A DNA stretch of 64,000 nucleotides from an uncultured Methanobrevibacter sp. GTDB taxonomy: Archaea > Methanobacteriota > Methanobacteria > Methanobacteriales > Methanobacteriaceae. Position numbers and translations under genes: made by a program. Of the stretch, positions 29,231-39,485 are shown piece by piece. The stretch lies in assembly GCF_900319985.1 (NCBI RefSeq), contig NZ_ONQL01000001.1; one strand, written 5' to 3'. Positions within the stretch are counted from its first letter, which is position 1. The number at the start of each line of letters is the position of its first letter. The notes beneath the pieces are model-generated. The model was not told the origin of the DNA. It saw only the letters and a program-made list of their open reading frames with translations, and made no database searches.

Positions 29231-29935
29231 ATGAATAAAAAAATCAAGATAATAATTATAATTGTTGTTGTTTTAGTTTTAGCTTATACTGCGTTCTATT
29301 TCACTGATTATAGACATGCCGAAAAAAAGGCAACTGATTTGTTAAACGGAACTGAGAACGTTTCTGTAGTTAAACAGGATTATGGGTATTTTCTAAATGG
29401 TTCAGGTAATGACACTTTGCTAATTTTTTATCCTGGAGCTAAAAATGATTATTTATCTTATCTTCCCCTTTTGATGAATATTTCTAGTAGGGGAGTCGAT
29501 TGTGCCTTAGTTCAAATGCCTTTCAATTTCGCATTTTTAGGTGAGAATACAGCCGATTCAATAATTGATTCAACTAATTATTCTCATTATGTATTGGCGG
29601 GTCATTCATTGGGTGGACTTTCTGCAGCTGGATTTACCAATCATAGTGGTAAAGGTGATGCTGTTGTATTATTGGCTGCATATCCGAACAGTCATGTAAG
29701 CAAACCTGTCTTGTCAATTTACGGTTCCAATGATAAGATACTAAATATGAAGGCCTATAATGAGTCAAAGCCATTGATGGACAACTTGACTGAATTTGTA
29801 ATTGATGGTGGTAATCATGAGCAATTTGCTTATTATGGCTATCAGGAAGGTGATGGAGAAGCAAAAATCACTCCTGAAGATCAGCAAAAGCAAACTGCGG
29901 ATAAAATATTGGAATTCATCAGTAAATTGTCTTAA
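29231..29935 (+). CDS. Membrane-anchored alpha/beta hydrolase
   Basis: N-terminal TM; FYPGA, GHSLGG, GSND, GGNH triad motifs. Confidence 0.9.
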   Translation: MNKKIKIIIIIVVVLVLAYTAFYFTDYRHAEKKATDLLNGTENVSVVKQDYGYFLNGSGNDTLLIFYPGAKNDYLSYLPLLMNISSRGVDCALVQMPFNFAFLGENTADSIIDSTNYSHYVLAGHSLGGLSAAGFTNHSGKGDAVVLLAAYPNSHVSKPVLSIYGSNDKILNMKAYNESKPLMDNLTEFVIDGGNHEQFAYYGYQEGDGEAKITPEDQQKQTADKILEFISKLS

Positions 29936-30001
29936 ATTTTTTGATTAAATGCCTAATTTAAAAAAATAAAAGTAGTTTAGGAAATATTCAATTTCCTAAT
30001 T

Positions 30002-30754
30002 TTATCTATATTCATGTTTAAAGTTTTTATCATATAACTTAGATGGGTTGAAATCACCGGGGTCCAAGACATCTCCCACCACAATCATTGCAGTCTTTGT
30101 TATATTGGCATCTTTAACTTTTTGTGCAATATTATCAAGTGTTCCTTTAATTATTTCTTGGTCTTCCCATGTGGCTTTTTTCACAACTGCTATAGGCGTA
30201 TCTTTTTCATAACCTACCAACAACTCTTCGACAACTTTGTCTATCATGCCAATTCCTAAAAAGATACACATGGTTGCATGATGTTTTGAAAAACTTGCAA
30301 TGCTTTCACCAGCAGGTTTGGGTGTTCTGCCTTCAGGACGTGTAATGATTACACTTTGTGAGATTTCAGGCAATGTAAGTTCTGCTTCCAAGATACTGGC
30401 TGTACCGAATAGTGAACTGACACCAGGAATAATCTCGTATTCGATGTCATGTTTTTTAAGTTCACGAATTTGCTCTCCTATTGCACCATAAATTGATGGG
30501 TCTCCTGTGTGTACACGAGCTACCAATTTACCTTCATTAACTGCTTCAGTTATTATGGCATCTGTTTCATCTAAATTTAAATATGCACTATTGTGAATTT
30601 CACAGTCATCCTTTGCAGGATTTAAAACTTCTTTATTTACAAGTGAACCTGCATAAATAATAACATCAGCATTTTCAATTACTTTTCTTCCTTTTACGGT
30701 TATCAAATCAGGATCTCCTGGACCTGCACCAATGAAAATTACTTTTCCTTTCAT
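30002..30754 (-). CDS. cbiF: Cobalt-precorrin-4 C11-methyltransferase
   Basis: GAGPGDPDLIT, YAGSLV, RVHTGDPSIYGA.EQ, SKLY...F.H.YR. Confidence 0.93.
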   Translation of the reverse strand: MKGKVIFIGAGPGDPDLITVKGRKVIENADVIIYAGSLVNKEVLNPAKDDCEIHNSAYLNLDETDAIITEAVNEGKLVARVHTGDPSIYGAIGEQIRELKKHDIEYEIIPGVSSLFGTASILEAELTLPEISQSVIITRPEGRTPKPAGESIASFSKHHATMCIFLGIGMIDKVVEELLVGYEKDTPIAVVKKATWEDQEIIKGTLDNIAQKVKDANITKTAMIVVGDVLDPGDFNPSKLYDKNFKHEYR

Positions 30755-30852
30755 GATATAATTTTTTATTTCAAGTATTATTTAATAATTATGTATCAAA
30801 TTTGACCTTTAATTTCAACAAACTTTATTAATTTTTAAAATAATTAAAAAAT

Positions 30853-31248
30853 ATGGACAAAAAAGGTTTTATTTCTATTGAATATTTGTTTTTAATCTTT
30901 ATTGTGTTGATTATTGCTGTTGGATTGTTATTTTTCACATCGGCATCAATTGGTTCAACAAATAATATTGCTGACAATGTTGAGCATAGGCTGATTTTGG
31001 ATTATGTGGCAAATATGATAAATCAGGTTAATGCAAATGGCGAGGGATATTCGATTTGGATTTATCTGGATTCAAAACCAGGTTTTTATGAAATTGATGT
31101 TGAAAAGAATAAGTTGACGATTGAATTTTCAAATAAAAAAGGTGAAACGCTGGTGCTGCCGTTAAAAATAGAGTCTAAATATAAATTGTATAGTGGAAGA
31201 AGTTATTTAATCAGCAAAAACGATGATGGGGAAATTGTGATAAAATGA
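30853..31248 (+). CDS. Class III signal-peptide (type IV pilin-like) protein
   Basis: MDKKG/FISIEY followed by a hydrophobic helix (G-1, E+5). Confidence 0.75.
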   Translation: MDKKGFISIEYLFLIFIVLIIAVGLLFFTSASIGSTNNIADNVEHRLILDYVANMINQVNANGEGYSIWIYLDSKPGFYEIDVEKNKLTIEFSNKKGETLVLPLKIESKYKLYSGRSYLISKNDDGEIVIK

Positions 31249-31742
31249 TGGGCAATAGAGGACAGATTACAGGAGAATATCTGCTTTTGGCGGGAGTATT
31301 GATAATTGTTGTGATGATGTCACTACAGTTTATAGCTTTTGAAAATGAATTGAACACGGCAATGGGCGCTGCCAGAAATGGCGTAACTGAAGGGATCGGA
31401 ACATCATCCGTCGCAATATATTCAAAAGATTCATATAATGATTATGCATCATCTAAAAGTAGTTTGCTGCATCCATATTCTGTAGAAATTATCAATATTA
31501 CATATAGTGATTTGGGCAGGGATAATAATTATGATAAGCAAAAAATCCAGTTTAAGGTCTATGCCAAGGTATCGGACAAGTACAGTAAAAGTGAGCTTGA
31601 TTCGATAGGAGACAGGATTAATTATAATTTAAGAAAATCACTGGCAATTTGCTTTAACTCAACATCATCCACAAACAAATTGTACAATCCAGTTTTTTCA
31701 CCCCATTATGTTTTCACAACAGCTAACATTAAATGGGTTTAG
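31245..31742 (+). CDS. Class III signal-peptide (type IV pilin-like) protein
   Basis: MMGNRG/QITGEY followed by a hydrophobic helix. Confidence 0.78.
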   Translation: MMGNRGQITGEYLLLAGVLIIVVMMSLQFIAFENELNTAMGAARNGVTEGIGTSSVAIYSKDSYNDYASSKSSLLHPYSVEIINITYSDLGRDNNYDKQKIQFKVYAKVSDKYSKSELDSIGDRINYNLRKSLAICFNSTSSTNKLYNPVFSPHYVFTTANIKWV

Positions 31743-31767
31743 GTAGATAGTATTAATAGTGATAATT

Positions 31768-32139
31768 ATGGATAGATATGAAAAAGGAAAGGAATGTATT
31801 GAAAGTATTCAGAATATGTCAGTTGAAGAGATTTTCAAGGATTTGGAAGATATTGCACCTGATTTGTCAAGATTTGCAATTGAATTTCCTTACGCTGAAA
31901 TTTACACCCGTGATGAGGTTGATTTAAAAACAAGGGAATTATGCACAGTTGCTGCATTGACTACAATCGGAACAATTCCACAGTTGAAGGACCATATTAA
32001 TGCAGCATTGAATGTTGGAAATGAGCCTAGTGAAATTGTTGAAATAATAATGCAGATGAGTGCATATGCGGGTTTTCCAAAAGCAATCAATGGTGTGGTT
32101 GCTGCAAAAGAAGTTTTCACTGAAAAAGGTTTATTATGA
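31768..32139 (+). CDS. Carboxymuconolactone decarboxylase family protein
   Basis: TRELCTVAAL, QLKDHINAALNVG, YAGFP. Confidence 0.9.
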   Translation: MDRYEKGKECIESIQNMSVEEIFKDLEDIAPDLSRFAIEFPYAEIYTRDEVDLKTRELCTVAALTTIGTIPQLKDHINAALNVGNEPSEIVEIIMQMSAYAGFPKAINGVVAAKEVFTEKGLL

Positions 32140-32471
32140 GTGATGAATTTTCTTCACAAACTTTTGATGCCGTTGCATCCAAACTTCAGGATGAGTTGAT
32201 TGGTGTTATCTCAAATGATAAGCCGGTTAATGACTATGAACTGATTGTGTATAAATATGTCTTCATTTCTGAGTTGAAAATACCTGTTGTTGAAGATTTG
32301 GGTATTGAAATTGTTGAAGATGCATTTGTAATGTATCTGATTCCTGATGACCTGAAATTTGGTGTATTGGCTAAATTAAATGATGTTTTCGATAAGTTTG
32401 AATTGGTGTTCATGCCAAATTCATATGGTGTTATTAAATTGAAATTTTTGTTGAGTGATTATATTGTATAG
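32136..32471 (+). CDS. Hypothetical protein
   Basis: ORF overlapping both neighbours in an operon. Confidence 0.65.
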   Translation: MSDEFSSQTFDAVASKLQDELIGVISNDKPVNDYELIVYKYVFISELKIPVVEDLGIEIVEDAFVMYLIPDDLKFGVLAKLNDVFDKFELVFMPNSYGVIKLKFLLSDYIV

Positions 32472-32832
32472 TGATGAAGAAAAAAAGAAGTTGATGGATG
32501 ATTTGGTTGAAATGGAAACTTTCAGAGCCGATGTCGGTGATGAAGGTAAAGTTTTACAGGAAGATTTAAAAAAATTCTTTTCAGAGGGCATTGGGGATAA
32601 ACAGGATTTGATTTTTAGACTGGAACTCTATTTCTATGCATTCAAGCTGTTCTGCAGAAGGTCTGTCAGGATGGATGACGGTCAGTTCATAATCTATTTG
32701 AACGATTCCCTTTTGGAATGGAATTTAATAAAATTAGTAATGGATGATTTTACAGATTTTGAATTGGTTGTTGAGGGTGTAAAAGAAAATAATGATGTAT
32801 TGCTGAATTTGAACTTCACATATCATTACTAG
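32455..32832 (+). CDS. Hypothetical acidic protein
   Basis: ORF in the same operon. Confidence 0.65.
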   Translation: MIILYSDEEKKKLMDDLVEMETFRADVGDEGKVLQEDLKKFFSEGIGDKQDLIFRLELYFYAFKLFCRRSVRMDDGQFIIYLNDSLLEWNLIKLVMDDFTDFELVVEGVKENNDVLLNLNFTYHY

Positions 32833-33590
32833 ATTTTGAAAATCTTACGGGCATTGTTTGTTGTTATTTCATCAACAGTGCTCAAATCCATATCTTTAAT
32901 TTCAGCAATTTTTTTAACTGCATTGACAACATTTGCCGGTTCGTTTCGTTCTTCTTTTGTCATAGCTAAATATGGGCTGTCAGTTTCTGTTAAGACATAG
33001 TTCAAATCTATTTTTTCAATTAAATCCTGATGATGTTTTGAATAGCACAGCATTGTTGAAAAGCTCATGAAACAGTTGTCCCTATTCATGATTCTTTTTG
33101 CAGTCTTTAGGCTACCTCCATAGCAATGGAAAACAAAATAGGGGATGTCGTCATAATCTTCAATGATATTTACCGCTTTTTTTTCACAATCTCTTACATG
33201 CATTACAATTGGAACTTTGTATTCGTTGGCAAGGTTTAAAAAGCTGGTGAAAATTTCCTGCTGCCTTTCCCGAAGTGCCTTGTCTGTTACATAATAATAG
33301 TCCATTCCCACTTCGCCAACAGCTACAATGTTTGATAGATTGTCGATTAAATGATTTTGAGCATCTTTCAATTCTTCATCTGTTGAATTCTGTGAGTTTA
33401 CAGGGTGAAAACCGAATGTCGGATAAATGAAATCTTCATATTCTTTTGAAAGTTCTAAAACGTTTTGATTGCTTTGTTTGTTAAAGCCTGATGCTATAAT
33501 TAAATCCAAATTGTCCTTTGCTCTTTTTAAAACTTCTTCACGGTCTTCATCAAAGTCTTCAAAATCAATATGGCAGTGTGTGTCAATCAT
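32829..33590 (-). CDS. tatD: TatD family nuclease
   Basis: IDTHCH, GFHP, GEVGMDY, MHVRD, FHCY, TETDSPY. Confidence 0.95.
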   Translation of the reverse strand: MIDTHCHIDFEDFDEDREEVLKRAKDNLDLIIASGFNKQSNQNVLELSKEYEDFIYPTFGFHPVNSQNSTDEELKDAQNHLIDNLSNIVAVGEVGMDYYYVTDKALRERQQEIFTSFLNLANEYKVPIVMHVRDCEKKAVNIIEDYDDIPYFVFHCYGGSLKTAKRIMNRDNCFMSFSTMLCYSKHHQDLIEKIDLNYVLTETDSPYLAMTKEERNEPANVVNAVKKIAEIKDMDLSTVDEITTNNARKIFKI

Positions 33591-33593
33591 TAT

Positions 33594-34358
33594 TTAAACT
33601 CCAAATCTTCTGTCTCTTGCTTGGTATGATCGAATAGCTCTAATAAAATCGACTTTTCTTAATTCTGGCCATAATGTTTCACAGAAATACAATTCAGAAT
33701 AAGATGATTGCCAGAGTAAAAATCCGCTTAAGCGTTCTTCTCCACTTGTTCTGATAATCAGGTTAGGATCATCCAATCCTTCTGTATAAAGGTTTTTGCT
33801 TACCAGATCCTCATCGACATCGTCGACGGTAATCCTGCCTGCTTGCACTTCTGAAATAATTTTTTTAAATGAGTCAATAATTTCTAAACGACCATCATAT
33901 CCTATAGCTAAATTAAATAATCTTTTCTTGTAGTGTTTGGTAGCTTCCTCTGCTTCCTGAATAGCTTCTTTTACATTGTCTGGCAGTAATTCGGTTCTTC
34001 CCACAACTTTAACTCTCACTTCGTTTTTATGGATTTTTTCATGGGTTACTAATCGTTTGAAGTTTTTAACAAATAAATTCATCAAACCTTCAACTTCGTG
34101 TTGTGGTCTATTGAAATTTTCTGTTGAAAAAGCATATGCTGTAATGATTTCTATTCCAAGTTCTATACTCCAGTCTAAAACTTTTTCTAAGGTATCTACT
34201 CCGATTTCATGCCCTTTGACCACATCTATATTTCCCTGGAGTTTGGAAAATCGTCTGTTTCCATCCATGATTATGGCAATATGTTTCGGCATTTTTTCAG
34301 GTTTTAAATCACGAGAAATGTACCATTCATAAATCTTGTATAATATGTTTTCTCCCAT
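33594..34358 (-). CDS. uppS: cis-prenyltransferase (polyprenyl diphosphate synthase)
   Basis: [35 protein letters not shown]. Confidence 0.96.
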   Translation of the reverse strand: MGENILYKIYEWYISRDLKPEKMPKHIAIIMDGNRRFSKLQGNIDVVKGHEIGVDTLEKVLDWSIELGIEIITAYAFSTENFNRPQHEVEGLMNLFVKNFKRLVTHEKIHKNEVRVKVVGRTELLPDNVKEAIQEAEEATKHYKKRLFNLAIGYDGRLEIIDSFKKIISEVQAGRITVDDVDEDLVSKNLYTEGLDDPNLIIRTSGEERLSGFLLWQSSYSELYFCETLWPELRKVDFIRAIRSYQARDRRFGV

Positions 34359-34400
34359 TTTAATCACAATGATTTGTTTTCCATATGCATGTCTTTTTTT

Positions 34401-35117
34401 TTAATCCTTTGCTAAAAGTTCGGCCAAAATCAAACTTCTGACATAACCGTCAATGCTCTGGTCTCTGCTTGTATCAATATAAACTCTATCCATTCCAAAT
34501 GTAATTGCACCATAACTAGGCCAGGAATTTAGCAATACAAGTGTTCTAAATATTATATTTCCAACTCTTCCATTTGGGGCAATAATAACATTGCATTCAT
34601 CATTAATTGCTTTTTCAATTAAAATGTGGTAATTTTTGACTTCTTCATCTGTATTTTCCTGAATGATTTTTGTTAATTTTTTACTGTCTTTAAGTGAGTT
34701 GGAGACTTCTTTTCCTCTTCCGAAATCGTCTTCTCTGCCTTCGGCAAGAATTGCAATTTTAGGTTTTTTTCCAACCTGTTTTAGGAAGTCGCAACATTGC
34801 ATTGCCAGTTTATATCTGTCTTCAACAGTATTTCCTTCATCGATTCCCACAGGTGTTAACAGGAATTCATATCCCTCTTTATTGACGTAAGTTGCCCTTG
34901 AAAGATTCGGATATTTTTCCTTCAATTTTGTCATGATATTGGATGCTGGAAGTGATCCACGTATCACACAGTCGATGTTTTTGTCCAATACTGCCTTGAT
35001 TAAATCTACATCGTTATACATCAATATTATGTCGTTTTTTGGGTGTTTTTCTTTGAAAATATGACATGCCTGAATAATATTTTCATTTTCTCCAACACCA
35101 ATAGCTATTCTTGTCAT
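34401..35117 (-). CDS. mtxX: Methanogen marker protein MtxX
   Basis: IRGSL, PVGIDEG, GR..D.GR, GNIIFRTL, IDTSR. Confidence 0.88.
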   Translation of the reverse strand: MTRIAIGVGENENIIQACHIFKEKHPKNDIILMYNDVDLIKAVLDKNIDCVIRGSLPASNIMTKLKEKYPNLSRATYVNKEGYEFLLTPVGIDEGNTVEDRYKLAMQCCDFLKQVGKKPKIAILAEGREDDFGRGKEVSNSLKDSKKLTKIIQENTDEEVKNYHILIEKAINDECNVIIAPNGRVGNIIFRTLVLLNSWPSYGAITFGMDRVYIDTSRDQSIDGYVRSLILAELLAKD

Positions 35118-35251
35118 TAGTTTATGTATTTATTTTTCATTATAAATTAAGTTTTTCTTAATTGGTGATGTTTACATTGTATCTAATTATAACTTATTTT
35201 ATAATATTGTTATACGAATTCTTTATTAGTAGAAAGGATTAACTTTATATT

Positions 35252-35512
35252 ATGAATGAAAATGAAATTTTTAAATTGGTTGGTTATGTAATTGCATCGG
35301 AATATAGGACAAATATTATAAAATGTATAGGAAATGATATTAAAATTCCTTCAGTTATTGCCGAAGAAGTGGGCTTGAGAACCAATCATGTCTCCAATGT
35401 ATTGAAAGAATTAAAAAAGGAAGGTATTGTTGTTTGTTTAAATGAAGAAGCTAAAAAAGGACGTTTGTATAAAAACACTGATTTGGGTATTGAAATTTTA
35501 AAATATGTTTAA
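35252..35512 (+). CDS. Small winged-helix transcriptional regulator
   Basis: SEYR, PS.IA, VS.VL.EL, KKGRLY. Confidence 0.85.
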   Translation: MNENEIFKLVGYVIASEYRTNIIKCIGNDIKIPSVIAEEVGLRTNHVSNVLKELKKEGIVVCLNEEAKKGRLYKNTDLGIEILKYV

Positions 35513-35544
35513 AAAATAAAAATAGAAAAAAGAATTTATACGAA

Positions 35545-36918
35545 TTAATTGTTAAAACTGTCAATTGCGGAATCAACTAATTTGATTACGGATTCCTTTA
35601 AATCCGGATAATTTTCATTAATTGCAACAGGAATGTTATCGCAATAAACTACTTCTAACCCGTGACTAAGTGCGTCTTTAGTCGCAACATCAACTGCAGC
35701 TGCTTTAAGTTCAGTTAACATCACATCTGCCTTATCAATATATTTTTCAATGTCTTTACGTAATAACGGTCTGTTTGATAAGTGTGCAGTAGTTCCAATA
35801 ACTTCACAGTTATAATTATTTTCCAAGTATTCCACCAATTTGTCTTTAACAGATTCTGGTGCTGTAGTTGCAAACAATACTTTTTTACCTGTCAGGTCGC
35901 CCAATGGCTTAGGTCTGAATACGGTTGAAATCACTGTTGCATCAGGATTTACATCAGCTACAAAATCTTCTATTTTTTTTATTTTGTCTTTATCAGCCAT
36001 AGGTTCTTCACACATAGTCAGGATAACTAAGTCTCCAAGACCAACTCTGTATGGTCCGAAATATGTGGTCAGGTTCTCAATTGGTTGATTTGCTCCAATC
36101 AACGCTATTTTTTTATCGGTTTTAATTGGAGGTATTGCAGCTCCGCTTCCTTCAAATATTGCAAATTTGGAGTCAACTTTGTTAGCTAATTTCGCTCCCT
36201 GTTTCATGTTTGTCAGGAATACTTCACCTGCCATTCCACCGCCGCAGCGTCTGCATCCGATTGTTAGTATTCTGCTCATTAATGCATCTTCCCAATGGTC
36301 GCTTGCTGCATGAACTCCTTTTTCAGATTGTTCTAGTAAAAATTCAGCATTGATTTTTAACTTTTCGCCGTGAACTATTTCCGGTTCTTCAGGTCCTCCT
36401 CTTCCCATGGCAATTACACAGGGTTCATATCCGTTCTTGTCAATCAATCTTGAAACAAATCCTGAAACTGCAGTTTTTCCAATACGCTTTCCGGTTCCAA
36501 GAATTGTGATGGATGGTTTTTCCATAATTTCATATTGTGAAGTTGGTTCAAATTTGAAATCAGGTCCTTCATATATTATTCCTTCATTTAAAACTTTGCA
36601 TGCAATTTTAAATCTTTTAGGGTAATCTAGAATAGGTTCATCGCTCAAATCCATTACGGTATCGATGTCATATTTTCTAATCATGTCAACAATAATATTA
36701 TATGGGATGTCCTTATCTTTTGCAAATTGAACCGGAACGCCCAACTTTTCTGAGTAAGATTCCTCGGAATCGTCTCTGAGTTTTTCAGTACCACCTATAA
36801 AAACAACAGCGGTTATGTCAATGTGTTCCATTTTATTTAAAGTATCTATTGCTTCTTTAGTCACCGGAAGATAATGTTCACCATCAACTAAACAAAGCAT
36901 GTTGTTAACACCTTTCAT
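35545..36918 (-). CDS. cpgS: Cyclic 2,3-diphosphoglycerate synthetase
   Basis: [47 protein letters not shown]. Confidence 0.93.
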   Translation of the reverse strand: MKGVNNMLCLVDGEHYLPVTKEAIDTLNKMEHIDITAVVFIGGTEKLRDDSEESYSEKLGVPVQFAKDKDIPYNIIVDMIRKYDIDTVMDLSDEPILDYPKRFKIACKVLNEGIIYEGPDFKFEPTSQYEIMEKPSITILGTGKRIGKTAVSGFVSRLIDKNGYEPCVIAMGRGGPEEPEIVHGEKLKINAEFLLEQSEKGVHAASDHWEDALMSRILTIGCRRCGGGMAGEVFLTNMKQGAKLANKVDSKFAIFEGSGAAIPPIKTDKKIALIGANQPIENLTTYFGPYRVGLGDLVILTMCEEPMADKDKIKKIEDFVADVNPDATVISTVFRPKPLGDLTGKKVLFATTAPESVKDKLVEYLENNYNCEVIGTTAHLSNRPLLRKDIEKYIDKADVMLTELKAAAVDVATKDALSHGLEVVYCDNIPVAINENYPDLKESVIKLVDSAIDSFNN

Positions 36919-36979
36919 AATATTTTATATGAAAGTTATTGTTATTAAAAATATTCAAAAAAAGTAAAAAAAGTAAGAT

Positions 36980-37267
36980 TTAAGCCACATTTAGTTCTTT
37001 TTCAGAACGTGACACTAAATCTGCTAAGGAATTGCGAACATTTTCAGGAATTGAATTTCCCTCTTTATCAGCAATAACTTGTGAGATAATTTTACAAAGG
37101 ACAAAAATAGCATGTTTGTGTTCAGCTTTTGTCTTATGTATGTGATGTGGGCTTATTTTTAGTGTAATGTATTCGCTACAGTCATTAGTTATTTGATCAT
37201 CTTCTGCTAAGTATTTTAAAACATATACTAAAAATTGATGTAATTGTATCATTTCATCCTTATACAT
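36980..37267 (-). CDS. UPF0058 family protein
   Basis: MYKDEMIQLH, ISPHHIHKTKAEHKHAIF. Confidence 0.9.
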   Translation of the reverse strand: MYKDEMIQLHQFLVYVLKYLAEDDQITNDCSEYITLKISPHHIHKTKAEHKHAIFVLCKIISQVIADKEGNSIPENVRNSLADLVSRSEKELNVA

Positions 37268-37279
37268 AACTATCTAACC

Positions 37280-37555
37280 TTTAAATTAACTATTCCGTTA
37301 GTTAAATTTGGACTGTCCTGAGATTCCTCAAGGATTATTTTTTCACGAACATATATCGCCGTGCAATCCCCCCGTCCATGGGTTATTTAAGATATTTTTC
37401 GTATTCAAATTGTATTAAATAGTGAAATTAATATCTTAACTCTCTTATTAATGAATTCGAAAAGAATTATTTTTTTTTTTTATTTATAATTTATATCCAA
37501 CTTGGATGTTGGTTATTATGATAAATTATATAGAATTATAATTTATTATCACTTT
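37280..37555 (-). other. Multi-hairpin structured region (long 5' leader or ncRNA) upstream of the UPF0058 gene
   Basis: Inverted pairs: TGGAC 37309/GTCCA 37374; CCTGAG..CTCAAGG; TTAAGATATT 37387/AATATCTTAA 37430; ATCCAA-C-TTGGAT 37495-37507. Confidence 0.45.
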
Positions 37556-37714
37556 TTTTTAATAATTATATATTGATAATAACTCATATTTAAATATTCC
37601 ATCAAATTATCATTACAATAATTGATTTTTCAAGTTATATTCTAAATTTAATAAAGTGTCTTTAAGTCATTTACATAGGTTGTCAAAAATGTAGTTTTTT
37701 TTTGTTTTAATTTC

Positions 37715-38431
37715 TTAAAGTCTAATATTGAATTCATTTGTTTCAACAATTTTAGGCAATTTGCCTATTGTTCCAATATTTTCTTCGGAGATTATTAAAA
37801 TTCCTTCATAATGTTCTTTATAATTTTCTGCTGCTTCTAATGCATTAGCAATCTTATCTTCAGAACTTTGACCGTTGACTTCATTAGCTATTCGTGTAGC
37901 GAGCCCATCAGCTATTGAAGGTGATTTGGAAATTACAGTTACGCTGTCGGATTTTCCAAAACTGATTGAATGACCTATTTTTCCAGATGATGTACATATT
38001 CCAAGCGGATTTTTTTGGGGTTTGATTTTAAATGCGATTTCATTTCCAAGGATTTCATTATTTGAATAGATTCCGCACAATGCTGTTTTATCATTAATTA
38101 GGGCAATATCTCCGCCGTTTTCAACAATTGAATATTTGGATTCATTTTCAATTAAATAATTGAGGGATAGCTCGGATATTGTTCCTGCAACACAGGCCAT
38201 AGGTCCGACATCGCAGATATGTGATGACTTATTCATGATTTTAATTATTTGTGGTAATGATTCATCATTTAACTTGACTGGTTCTATTGAAAGCAGGAAA
38301 TCTTTGTTTTTTGAAATGTAATTAGTTAAATCAGATCTTACTGTTAATATGAAATGTTTTAAGTGATGTTCTGTGAGGTCTGTTTTTAACCTAATGTGAG
38401 TTTCACCCAAGTTAATTTCTTCATAATTCAT
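37715..38431 (-). CDS. UPF0280 / COG2122 ApbE-like protein
   Basis: [37 protein letters not shown]. Confidence 0.9.
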   Translation of the reverse strand: MNYEEINLGETHIRLKTDLTEHHLKHFILTVRSDLTNYISKNKDFLLSIEPVKLNDESLPQIIKIMNKSSHICDVGPMACVAGTISELSLNYLIENESKYSIVENGGDIALINDKTALCGIYSNNEILGNEIAFKIKPQKNPLGICTSSGKIGHSISFGKSDSVTVISKSPSIADGLATRIANEVNGQSSEDKIANALEAAENYKEHYEGILIISEENIGTIGKLPKIVETNEFNIRL

Positions 38432-38609
38432 ATTTTTTTATTTTAGAAATGGCATTATTAAAATTTTCGTGTAAAATTTCAATATACTATGTGTTATTTT
38501 TTTCATTAGGTAATATAACAGCCTTTTAAAGCTATTCAAAAGCAAAGTATTAAAAACCTTTATATATAATATTTAATTATTTATAATTTAGAAAAATAAA
38601 TTAACACGT

Positions 38610-39392
38610 GTGATATTTGTGAAATCATTTGAATTTTTATCTGTTCCAAGAGAAGAAAAACCAAGGGAATGTGGAATGACCATGGTTTTGGACAAAGGTT
38701 TAGGCCTTGAAACTGCAGAAAGCCTAATGGATATTTCCGGAGAGTATGTGGATTATTTGAAATTTGGATGGGGTACATCAATCGTTCATGAACAGGATAT
38801 AATAAAATCCAAGGTTGAAATGTATAAATCTCATCAGATTACTCCATATACTGGAGGAACATTGTTTGAATTGGCTTATAAATCTGATAAGTTGGAAGAG
38901 TTTTTTGATGAAGCGCATGAATTGGGTTTTCCGGCCATTGAAGTGTCTGACGGTTCTGTAAACATACCTCATGAAGACAAATTGGAATGTATCGAACTTG
39001 CAAAAAGCAATGGATTTGAGGTACTGTCTGAAGTGGGTAAAAAAGATCCAAATTTGGATAAGGAACTGTCATTGGATGAAAGAATCCAATATATGCAGGA
39101 AGAGTTGGATTCTGGTTCGTCACTGATAATAGTGGAGGCAAGAGAAGGCGGAAAGAATATCGGAATTTTCGATAAGGCAGGAAATGCAAAAGAGGATGAA
39201 ATAGATTATATTTTAGACAATTTCAATGGAGACAGAATTCTTTGGGAAGCTCCAAATAAGGACCAACAGGTATTTTTCATACTGAAACTTGGAAATACTG
39301 TTAATCTTGGAAATATTTCAAGCGATGACATTACATCTCTTGAAACCTTAAGAAGAGGCCTTAGGGGAGATACCGTTGGTAAAATAGAATGA
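38610..39392 (+). CDS. comA: Phosphosulfolactate synthase (CoM biosynthesis)
   Basis: KPR..G.T.VLDKG, KFGWGT, GGTLFE, SEVGKK, EARE, WEAP, LETLRRGLRGDT. Confidence 0.96.
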   Translation: MIFVKSFEFLSVPREEKPRECGMTMVLDKGLGLETAESLMDISGEYVDYLKFGWGTSIVHEQDIIKSKVEMYKSHQITPYTGGTLFELAYKSDKLEEFFDEAHELGFPAIEVSDGSVNIPHEDKLECIELAKSNGFEVLSEVGKKDPNLDKELSLDERIQYMQEELDSGSSLIIVEAREGGKNIGIFDKAGNAKEDEIDYILDNFNGDRILWEAPNKDQQVFFILKLGNTVNLGNISSDDITSLETLRRGLRGDTVGKIE

Positions 39393-39485
39393 TTATTATT
39401 TAATGATATGTAGTTATATGTTAAAATTGAAACAATAAACTCGGGCTATGGTTTCAATTAAAAAACCTAACAGAAGGTAGATAAA

